A stretch of DNA of 50,619 bases from an uncultured Flavobacteriaceae bacterium (lineage in GTDB: Bacteria > Bacteroidota > Bacteroidia > Flavobacteriales > Flavobacteriaceae): NCBI GenBank assembly GCA_964403095.1, contig CAYOFS010000002.1, positions 1 to 50,619 of the forward strand, written 5' to 3'. Numbering within the stretch: position 1 is the first letter of the stretch; each line of letters begins with the position of its first letter. Position numbers and translations under genes: made by a program. Under the pieces are notes generated by a model. It saw only the letters and a program-made list of their open reading frames with translations. It made no database searches and had not been told where the DNA came from. Shown here piece by piece: positions 1-7,548 of the stretch.

Positions 1-137
1 AAAACAGTAATTTTAACACGCCACTAACCATACAGGAACCGTTGATAAAGTTGTTTTTCAATACAGATTTTTTACGTCAGAAAAGAATTTATTTGTTAAA
101 TTACCTTATTAATTCCTGGTTTTATATGTGATTTGTT

Positions 138-3100
138 TTATATAGCTTTAAGTACTTGTAACGCTTTATCTACACTATCGATTCTTATAAAAGTAATAAG
201 CAAACGCAAACCCTGTTTAGTTTCTTTTTCTTTCATTACGCAAGTGGTTTTATTGTTTTGTACATAGGTCAATATACGTGTAAATTTATCGCTATTATAA
301 AAATCAGATTGCTGGTTACCTACAAAATAGCCTATCATTCTTTTTTGTTTTAGGATGATTTTTTCCAATCCAAATTTTCTTGCCAGCCATTTTATTTTAA
401 CCGAGTTTAGTAAATCAACTACAGGTGTTGGAATTTCACCAAAACGGTCTGTTATATTTTTTTCAAATAATAGCAATTCGGCTTCCGATTCAATGATGCT
501 TAATTCCTCGTAAAGCGTTAATCTTTCCGATATAATCGAAATATAATCATCTGGTATTAAGATTTCAAAATCGGTATCTAATTGCACTTCTTTTACATAA
601 TTCTTAATTTTATCGTTTTGTTCTTCTTTGTATAATTCCTTAAATTCTGTTTCTTTTAATTCTTCAATAGCTTCATTTAATATTTTTTGATAGGTATCAA
701 AACCAATATCGTTTATAAAACCACTTTGTTCGCCACCAAGTAAATCTCCTGCTCCACGAATTTCTAAATCTTTCATAGCAATATTTAATCCGCTACCAAG
801 CTCATTAAATAAAATTAAAGCTTCAATACGTTTTCTAGCATCAGTACTCATCATATGGTAAGGCGGCGTTATAAAATAACAGAAGGCTTTTTTGTTTGAT
901 CTACCAACACGACCACGCATTTGATGTAAATCACTCAAGCCAAAATTATTGGCGTTATTTATAAAAATAGTATTCGCATTTGGCACATCTAAACCACTTT
1001 CAATAATGGTTGTAGAAACCAAAACATCAAACTCATTATTCATAAAAGCAAGCATCAAACTTTCTAGTTTTTTACCTTCCATTTGTCCGTGACCAATGCC
1101 TATTTTAGCATTAGGAACTAGTCGTTGTACTAAACCAGCCACTTCTTTAATATTTTCAATTCTGTTATGGATAAAAAACACTTGTCCGCCACGAGAAGTT
1201 TCATACTGAACTGCATCACGTATGGTTTCTTCGTTAAAACGAATAACATTACTCTCAATAGGATGTCTATTTGGTGGCGCAGTAGCAATAATAGATAAAT
1301 CCCGAGCTGCCATTAAGGAAAATTGTAAGGTTCTCGGAATTGGTGTTGCTGTTAATGTTAGCGTATCAACATTTTCTTTAATGGTTTTTAGTTTATCTTT
1401 TACATTGACACCAAATTTTTGTTCTTCGTCAATAATTAACAAGCCTAAATCTTTAAATTTCACCTTTTTATTAACTAGTTGATGTGTTCCGATAACAATA
1501 TCTACCGCACCATTATCTAAGCCTTTTATAACTTCGTTTCGCTGTTTGGTTGTTCTAAAACGGTTGAGATAATCTATGGTAACTGGAAAATCTTTTAAAC
1601 GCTCCGTAAAAGTTTTGAAGTGCTGAAAAGCCAAAATAGTTGTTGGTACTAAAATAGCGACTTGTTTGCCATTATCAACAGCTTTAAACGCAGCTCTTAT
1701 GGCAATTTCGGTTTTACCAAAACCAACATCACCACAAACCAATCTATCCATTGGTCGCTCATTTTCCATATCTGCTTTTACATCTTGCGTTGCCTTGTAT
1801 TGATCTGGCGTGTCTTGGTAAATAAAACTTGCTTCTAGCTCATGTTGCATGTGTGTATCAGGTCCAAAAGCATGTCCTTTTTGCATTTTCCTTTTTGCGT
1901 ATAGCTGAATTAAATTATAAGCAACATGTTTAATTCTAGATTTTGTTTTTTGTTTAATTTTTTTCCAAACACCTGAACCTAATTTATATATTTTAGGAGT
2001 TTTCCCGTCTTTACCAGAATATTTTGATATTTTATGAAGCGAATGAATACTTATATATAGCACATCTCGTTCGCCATAAATTAATTTTATAGCTTCTTGT
2101 TTAGATGTTGTACCTTGATTTACACCAATACCTGCAATATCGATCTTTTGTAAACCGCCAAATTTTCCAATTCCATGATCAATATGCGTAACATAATCGC
2201 CTATTTGAAGATGTGTTAATTCCTTTAAAGTTATGGCTTGTTTTTTACTAAAATTGTTCTTTAAACGAAATTTGTGATACCTTTCAAAAATCTGATGATC
2301 GGTATAACAAACCAATTTTTTATCCACATCAACAAAACCTTGATACATTGGAAAAACAATGGTTTTATATTGAATTTCTTGCTCTTGATTATCCAAAATA
2401 TCGTGAAAACGTTTGGCTTGTTTTTCATTATCGCAGCAGATGATGTTTTGAAAACCTGCTTTGGTGTTTTCGTTTAAATTCTCAATAAGTAATGGGAATT
2501 TCTTATTAAAACTTGGTTGCGGTTGTGTGTTGAATTCCCATCTTCCGTCTTCCCAAAGGGAAGAAACCCCAATCTTTGTTTTGTCTTTGTTGTTGTTGTG
2601 GTGGTTTCCAACCTTGACAGTGTTATTTTTGTTGCGGTTATTAACTCTGGTAAGGTTTAAGTTAATTAAAGAAAACTCTTGTAATTGATTTAGTATTAAA
2701 TCGCCTTTACAAAATAGTGCTTTTGGTGCTGCTCGTTTTATTTCGCCTTCTAAATTTACAAAATCACGTTCTGCTTTAGTAAACAACTTATCTAAATCAT
2801 CTTTTAAATTTATTGTGTTTTTAGTAAAAACAACTGTTTTTGAAGCAATATATTTTAAAAAACTGATGCGTTTTTCTTCCAATGTTTTATTAGCAACATT
2901 TGGTAAAACACTTATTTTTTTTATTTTTTCAATGGAAAGCTGCGTTTCGACATCAAAGGTTCTTATACTATCTATTTCATCGCCAAAAAATTCTATTCGG
3001 TATGGTTCATCATTACTATACGAAAATACATCAATAATTCCACCACGAACAGCAAATTGCCCTGGCTCACTAACAAAATCAACACGAGTGAATTTATATT

Positions 3101-3584
3101 CAAATAGCATTTCGTTTATAAAATCGAGTGATAACTCTTCGCCTACATTTATTTTAAGGGTGTTTTTATCAAGTTCCGTTTTGGTAATTACTTGCTCAAA
3201 CAATGCTTGAGGATACGTAACAATTATGGCTGGTTTTCTACGTGAATTGATTCTGTTTAAAACTTCTGATCGCAATAAAATATTTGCATTGTCGGTTTGG
3301 TCAATTTCGTAAGCTCTACGATAAGAAGCAGGATAAAAAAGCAAGTTTTTTTCTCCTAAAAGTTGCTCTAAATCGTTTAAATAATAAGCAGCTTCTTCTT
3401 TGTCTTCAAAAATTAATAAAAAAGGTTTTTCGGTTTTTTTAAATACTTCGGCAATCAAAAAAGACAATGAGGAGCCAACCAAATTCGATATTTGAATTTG
3501 TTGTTTTTCCTTTTTTAATGCTTGAATAATCTGCTTTGTTTTATCAGATTGCTCAAATTTTGTAGTAATTACTTGGTGTGTCAA
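138..3584 (-). CDS. mfd: Transcription-repair coupling factor Mfd (SF2 helicase)
   Basis: 1148-aa ORF with Walker A GDVGFGKTE, DEEQ box (IIDEEQKFGV), helicase motif HQMRGRVGRS, and typical TRCF length and architecture. Confidence 0.95.
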   Translation of the reverse strand: MTHQVITTKFEQSDKTKQIIQALKKEKQQIQISNLVGSSLSFLIAEVFKKTEKPFLLIFEDKEEAAYYLNDLEQLLGEKNLLFYPASYRRAYEIDQTDNANILLRSEVLNRINSRRKPAIIVTYPQALFEQVITKTELDKNTLKINVGEELSLDFINEMLFEYKFTRVDFVSEPGQFAVRGGIIDVFSYSNDEPYRIEFFGDEIDSIRTFDVETQLSIEKIKKISVLPNVANKTLEEKRISFLKYIASKTVVFTKNTINLKDDLDKLFTKAERDFVNLEGEIKRAAPKALFCKGDLILNQLQEFSLINLNLTRVNNRNKNNTVKVGNHHNNNKDKTKIGVSSLWEDGRWEFNTQPQPSFNKKFPLLIENLNENTKAGFQNIICCDNEKQAKRFHDILDNQEQEIQYKTIVFPMYQGFVDVDKKLVCYTDHQIFERYHKFRLKNNFSKKQAITLKELTHLQIGDYVTHIDHGIGKFGGLQKIDIAGIGVNQGTTSKQEAIKLIYGERDVLYISIHSLHKISKYSGKDGKTPKIYKLGSGVWKKIKQKTKSRIKHVAYNLIQLYAKRKMQKGHAFGPDTHMQHELEASFIYQDTPDQYKATQDVKADMENERPMDRLVCGDVGFGKTEIAIRAAFKAVDNGKQVAILVPTTILAFQHFKTFTERLKDFPVTIDYLNRFRTTKQRNEVIKGLDNGAVDIVIGTHQLVNKKVKFKDLGLLIIDEEQKFGVNVKDKLKTIKENVDTLTLTATPIPRTLQFSLMAARDLSIIATAPPNRHPIESNVIRFNEETIRDAVQYETSRGGQVFFIHNRIENIKEVAGLVQRLVPNAKIGIGHGQMEGKKLESLMLAFMNNEFDVLVSTTIIESGLDVPNANTIFINNANNFGLSDLHQMRGRVGRSNKKAFCYFITPPYHMMSTDARKRIEALILFNELGSGLNIAMKDLEIRGAGDLLGGEQSGFINDIGFDTYQKILNEAIEELKETEFKELYKEEQNDKIKNYVKEVQLDTDFEILIPDDYISIISERLTLYEELSIIESEAELLLFEKNITDRFGEIPTPVVDLLNSVKIKWLARKFGLEKIILKQKRMIGYFVGNQQSDFYNSDKFTRILTYVQNNKTTCVMKEKETKQGLRLLITFIRIDSVDKALQVLKAI

Positions 3585-3704
3585 CTGTCTATTTGTTTAT
3601 TTGTTGATACGTTTATTTGTGGCAAATATAGATTTATTCTTGATGCTATTAGTTATTTTATCTGATTTTGACAAACAAACGATAAATTGTATTAAAACAA
3701 TAAT

Positions 3705-3934
3705 TTATTTTAGTACAAGCTTTATATCCTTTAAATAATCCGTACAAACATCTTTTATAGTTGTTTCAAGACTTTCAAATTCAAAATTCAAATCGTTTTT
3801 AATTTTATCAGAAGAATATTGGTATTTACTTAAAGAAGCACTTGCTGAATGTTTGGTAATCATAGGTGTTTTTCTGGTAATAAAACTTTTAATTGCTTCT
3901 AATCGCCAAGCAACATTACTTAGTGTTTTACCTA
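3705..3934 (-). pseudogene. Orphan 3'-terminal fragment of the NAD-dependent epimerase gene (duplicate of the end of 5084..6121)
   Basis: On the minus strand 3735..3934 encodes the same ~66 C-terminal codons as the intact gene (GKTLSNVAWRLEAIKSF...KDVCTDY). It then continues into a different but related tail (LKDIKLVLK, stop at 3705-3707) where the intact gene has VKDLE-stop. There is no start codon, and an in-frame stop lies just upstream at 3954-3956. Confidence 0.85.
3735..3934. repeat. Direct repeat copy 1 (200 bp, identical to 5102..5301)
   Basis: Base-by-base comparison of 3735..3934 with 5102..5301 shows 200/200 identity. Weaker similarity (about 8 of 11) extends to 3724/5091, and similarity ends abruptly after 3934/5301. 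Confidence 0.95.
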
Positions 3935-3985
3935 TTAAAAATAAGTAAGGAAATCAATAAACTTTATTGAAAATTTAATTAATTG

Positions 3986-3993
3986 TATATTTG
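3986..3993 (+). promoter_or_regulatory. Bacteroidota-type -7 promoter box TAtaTTTG for the RhuM-Doc gene
   Basis: tatatttg matches TAnnTTTG and ends 4 nt before the ATG at 3998, which implies a leaderless or near-leaderless mRNA. It lies inside the unique part of the cassette. Confidence 0.5.
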
Positions 3994-3997
3994 TAAT

Positions 3998-4990
3998 ATG
4001 GAGAAATCTGAAATACGAATATACAAAAACCCCAATGGAAATACTTCAATTGAAGTCAAATTAGATAACGAAACTGTTTGGCTTAATCAGTATCAACTTG
4101 AAGCACTTTTTCAAACAGATAGAACCTCTGTAAATCGACATATCCGAAATATTTATAAGACGGAAGAACTTGACGAAAACCGAACTTGTGCAAAAATTGC
4201 ACAAGTTCAAAAAGAAGGAAAAAGAACAATTAAAAGAAGTATTAAATATTATAATTTAGATGTAATTATTGCTGTTGGATACAGAGTTAATTCAAAACAA
4301 GGTACTGAATTTAGAATTTGGGCTAATCAATTACTTCGAGAATATCTTATCAAAGGATTTACTATAAATCAAGAGAAATTAGAAAAACAAAACAAACAAT
4401 TACTTGAACTCAAAGAAACTGTAAAAATATTGAGTAATGTTGTTTCAGATAAAGAATTATCAAATGATGAAAGTAAAGGTCTTTTAGATATAATTTCTGA
4501 TTATTCTTACGCTCTTGATGTTCTTGATAAATATGATTATCAATCATTAAGTATTGAAAACATTACAACAAATGAATTATACCAATTAACATATAAAGAA
4601 GCGATACTTCAAATACAATTAACAAAAAGAGTTTATGGAAATAGTGATTTGTTTGGACACGAAAAAGACAAATCATTTAGGAGTTCAATAGCGACTATTT
4701 ATCAAACTTTTGGAGGAGTAGATTTGTACCCAAGTATTGAAGAAAAAGCTGCCAATTTATTATATTTTGTTGTCAAAAATCATTCATTTTCAGATGGAAA
4801 CAAACGAATTGCAGCGTTCTTGTTTCTATACTTTCTTGAAAAAAATGGAATATTGAGAACCGATAAAGGAGAAAAAAGAATCGCAGATAATACATTAGTA
4901 GCATTAACATTAATGATTGCAATTAGTAAACCAGAAGAAAAAGATACTATGGTTAAAATTATAGTGAATTTAATAAATAAGAATAATTAA
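3998..4990 (+). CDS. RhuM-family N-terminal domain fused to a Fic/Doc (death-on-curing type) C-terminal domain
   Basis: The N-terminus (EIRIYKNPNGNTSIEVKLDNETVWLNQYQLEALFQTDRTSVNRHIRNIY...YYNLDVIIAVGYRVNSKQGTEFRIWANQLLREYLIKGF) is the typical RhuM family signature. The C-terminal region carries HSFSDGNKR (nt 4781..4807), which fits the Doc variant HxFx(D/N)(A/G)NKR. Start moved from the TTG at 3983 in the ORF track to the ATG at 3998. Confidence 0.85.
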   Translation: MEKSEIRIYKNPNGNTSIEVKLDNETVWLNQYQLEALFQTDRTSVNRHIRNIYKTEELDENRTCAKIAQVQKEGKRTIKRSIKYYNLDVIIAVGYRVNSKQGTEFRIWANQLLREYLIKGFTINQEKLEKQNKQLLELKETVKILSNVVSDKELSNDESKGLLDIISDYSYALDVLDKYDYQSLSIENITTNELYQLTYKEAILQIQLTKRVYGNSDLFGHEKDKSFRSSIATIYQTFGGVDLYPSIEEKAANLLYFVVKNHSFSDGNKRIAAFLFLYFLEKNGILRTDKGEKRIADNTLVALTLMIAISKPEEKDTMVKIIVNLINKNN

Positions 4991-5083
4991 TAACACTCGC
5001 TAATAAAATGTAAATGTAATTGGGGTTTTGTGATAAATACAAGTTTAGTAAGTACTTTAAGTTGGCTACTATTCTTAAATTAA

Positions 5084-6121
5084 TCATTCCAAATCTTTTA
5101 CATAATCCGTACAAACATCTTTTATAGTTGTTTCAAGACTTTCAAATTCAAAATTCAAATCGTTTTTAATTTTATCAGAAGAATATTGGTATTTACTTAA
5201 AGAAGCACTTGCTGAATGTTTGGTAATCATAGGTGTTTTTCTGGTAATAAAACTTTTAATTGCTTCTAATCGCCAAGCAACATTACTTAGTGTTTTACCT
5301 ACTTTTATTGTTGGTCGGTTTTTATTAAAAGCATCGGTAATTTTAAAAAATAAGCTTTTAAACGAACTATTTTCTGATACTAAAATATATCTTTCGTTTA
5401 TAATTTTACTATTCATTAAATCAATCATGGCTTTTACAACATCTTTTACACCAACAAAACCTGTAATTCCTTCCGTGTAAAAGTTAAAGTCGTTATAGAA
5501 TTTTTTAAATAATTCACCAGGTCCATTCTGCCAAAATCCCGAGCCTAAAATCACACCAGGATTTACCATTACAATATCTAAACCTTCTTGAGTTGCTCGC
5601 CAAACTTCCATTTCGGCACCATATTTAGTAATGGCATAACCGTAATTGTTGGTTTCACTATTCCATTCGTTTGTTTCGTCAATTAATTGTGATATTTTAT
5701 CTTTTTTAGAAGACAAAAGATGTGCTTTTTTTTCAATAGTAGCAATGGAACTTACAAAACAAAATTTTTCAATTTTATTAGCTATGGCTAAATTTACCAT
5801 ATTTGCTGTGCCTTCAATATTTGTTTTTCGCATTTGCTTATAATCTATTTTGTCAAATGAAACTATTGCTGCACAATGATAAACATGAGTTATATTTTCA
5901 AACGCTTTTTCAAGCGATGGAACATCAATAACATCAGACTCAATCCATTCAATTTTTTCAAAGTGAGTTTTAAAATCATCGGTATAATAACTAAAAACAT
6001 TCTCAACTGCCTTTAAATTACTATTTTTTCTATGTATTGCACGAATTTTATCTTCGGTTAAAGATAATTTATATAATAAATGCGAACCGACTAAACCTGT
6101 TCCTCCTGTTACTAAAATCAT
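5084..6121 (-). CDS. NAD-dependent epimerase/dehydratase family protein (SDR, dihydroflavonol-reductase-like)
   Basis: N-terminal Rossmann motif MILVTGGTGLVGSHLL and a YxxxK-type SDR core (YAITKYGAE). 345 aa. Confidence 0.85.
   Translation of the reverse strand: MILVTGGTGLVGSHLLYKLSLTEDKIRAIHRKNSNLKAVENVFSYYTDDFKTHFEKIEWIESDVIDVPSLEKAFENITHVYHCAAIVSFDKIDYKQMRKTNIEGTANMVNLAIANKIEKFCFVSSIATIEKKAHLLSSKKDKISQLIDETNEWNSETNNYGYAITKYGAEMEVWRATQEGLDIVMVNPGVILGSGFWQNGPGELFKKFYNDFNFYTEGITGFVGVKDVVKAMIDLMNSKIINERYILVSENSSFKSLFFKITDAFNKNRPTIKVGKTLSNVAWRLEAIKSFITRKTPMITKHSASASLSKYQYSSDKIKNDLNFEFESLETTIKDVCTDYVKDLE
5102..5301. repeat. Direct repeat copy 2 (200 bp, identical to 3735..3934), inside the 3' end of the intact epimerase gene
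   Basis: See copy 1. Perfect identity was read directly from the sequence. Confidence 0.95.
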
Positions 6122-6225
6122 TTTGTAAAAATACGTATTTATTTGGTTGAATTTAATAGTGTAATAAGATAAATCAAGTCTTGTTTCTTTTTTTCTTGAA
6201 CCTTTTTCTATTGGCTCTTTTTAAT

Positions 6226-6233
6226 TATCTTTG
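6226..6233 (+). promoter_or_regulatory. -7 promoter box TAtcTTTG upstream of tyrS
   Basis: tatctttg lies 22 nt upstream of the ATG at 6256. Confidence 0.5.
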
Positions 6234-6255
6234 CATTCTAAAAAACATTAATAAA

Positions 6256-7548
6256 ATGGATAAGTTTGTAGAAGAATTACGTTGGAGAGGAATGTTGCAT
6301 GATATTATGCCTGGAACAGAAGAGCAATTAGCTAAAGAAATGACTTCGGCTTATATTGGTTTTGACCCAACGGCAGATTCTTTACATATTGGTAGCTTGG
6401 TTCAGATTATTTTATTGATGCACTTTCAAAAACATGGCCATAAACCCATTGCTTTAATTGGTGGAGCAACTGGTATGATTGGTGATCCATCGGGAAAATC
6501 GGCTGAACGTAATTTATTAAATGAAGTTGCTTTAGCAAAAAACATTGCTGGTGTAAAAGCACAATTAGAACGATTTTTAGATTTTAATTCAAGACAAGAT
6601 AATTCAGCTGAACTAGTAAATAACTACGATTGGATGAAAGATTTATCTTTTCTTGATTTTGCTCGTGATATTGGTAAACATATTACCGTAAATTATATGA
6701 TGTCTAAAGAATCGGTTAAAAAACGATTGAGTTCTGAGTCTAAAGTTGGTATGAGTTTTACAGAATTCACGTATCAGCTAATTCAAGGTTTTGACTTTTT
6801 ACATTTATATAAAGAGAAAAATTGTAAGCTTCAAATTGGTGGTTCCGACCAATGGGGAAATATTACTACAGGTACGGAATTAGTACGAAGAAAAGTACAA
6901 GGTAAGGCGTATGCACTTACTTGCCCATTAATTACAAAAGCTGACGGAACAAAATTTGGTAAAACCGAAGGAGGAAATGTTTGGTTAGACTCTAAAAGAA
7001 CATCGCCTTATAAATTCTATCAATACTGGTTTAATTCAAGCGATGCTGATGCAGAGAAATATGTAAAGATTTTTACTTTTTTAACAAAGGAAGAAATTGA
7101 AACTTTAATAAAAGAACATCAAGAAAATCCACATTTACGCTTACTACAAAAAACTATTGGCGAAAAAGTTACTGTAATGACACATGGTCAAGATTCTTTT
7201 GAGAATGCTATAAAAGCCTCTAATATATTATTTGGAAAATCTACAGCAAGTGACTTAAAAGAACTTGATGAACAAACATTTTTAGATGTTTTTGAAGGAG
7301 TTCCACAAGCTGAAATCTCTAAAACAGACTTAGAGAACGGCATTGATATTATTACTTCTTTAAACGAAAAATCAGGCTTTTTAAAATCGAATGGTGAAGC
7401 TCGTAGAGCTTTAAAAGAAAATTCCATATCGGTAAATAAAGAAAAAGTGAATGATACTTTTAAACTTGCATCAACCGATTTAATTGCAGATAAGTTTATT
7501 TTATTACAAAGAGGAAAAAAGAATTACTTTTTATTGAAGTTTGTTTAA
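6256..7548 (+). CDS. tyrS: Tyrosine--tRNA ligase
   Basis: HIGH-type motif (ADSLHIGSL), KMSKS-type motif (KFGKTEGG) and a C-terminal S4-like domain. Start placed at [12 protein letters not shown], because the upstream extension from 6181 covers the promoter box. Confidence 0.93.
   Translation: MDKFVEELRWRGMLHDIMPGTEEQLAKEMTSAYIGFDPTADSLHIGSLVQIILLMHFQKHGHKPIALIGGATGMIGDPSGKSAERNLLNEVALAKNIAGVKAQLERFLDFNSRQDNSAELVNNYDWMKDLSFLDFARDIGKHITVNYMMSKESVKKRLSSESKVGMSFTEFTYQLIQGFDFLHLYKEKNCKLQIGGSDQWGNITTGTELVRRKVQGKAYALTCPLITKADGTKFGKTEGGNVWLDSKRTSPYKFYQYWFNSSDADAEKYVKIFTFLTKEEIETLIKEHQENPHLRLLQKTIGEKVTVMTHGQDSFENAIKASNILFGKSTASDLKELDEQTFLDVFEGVPQAEISKTDLENGIDIITSLNEKSGFLKSNGEARRALKENSISVNKEKVNDTFKLASTDLIADKFILLQRGKKNYFLLKFV

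Noticed and set aside
3-131. A 43-codon open frame running off the left edge of the window (…NSNFNTPLTIQEPLIKLFFNTDFLRQKRIYLLNYLINSWFYM-stop).
   Set aside because: It could be the 3' end of an upstream gene, but it has no recognisable motif and is too short to support a call.
1222-3210. Four plus-strand ORFs (1222..1482, 2274..2477, 2461..2688, 2815..3210) antisense to mfd. Similar antisense ORFs lie inside other large genes (for example 5220..5480, 5646..5843, 7188..7427, 9790..10080, 11368..11550, 14140..14355, 22481..22738, 23825..24055, 31024..31353, 35058..36116, 39306..39581, 45550..45762, 48803..49190).
   Set aside because: Each lies entirely within, and antisense to or out of frame with, a long ORF that has strong family motifs. 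Their translations are low-complexity or hydrophobic noise typical of AT-rich antisense frames.
3983-3997. Upstream TTG/ATG extensions given in the ORF track for several genes (3983, 6181, 20796, 28994, 34721, 43419).
   Set aside because: The extensions overlap TAnnTTTG promoter boxes or add non-conserved residues ahead of canonical N-termini ([48 protein letters not shown]). Internal ATG starts were preferred.
7545-7548. Overlapping convergent stop codons of tyrS and the TonB-dependent receptor (shared TTAA).
   Set aside because: This is real but a trivial consequence of compact convergent genes. It is mentioned under the operon-packing finding rather than on its own.
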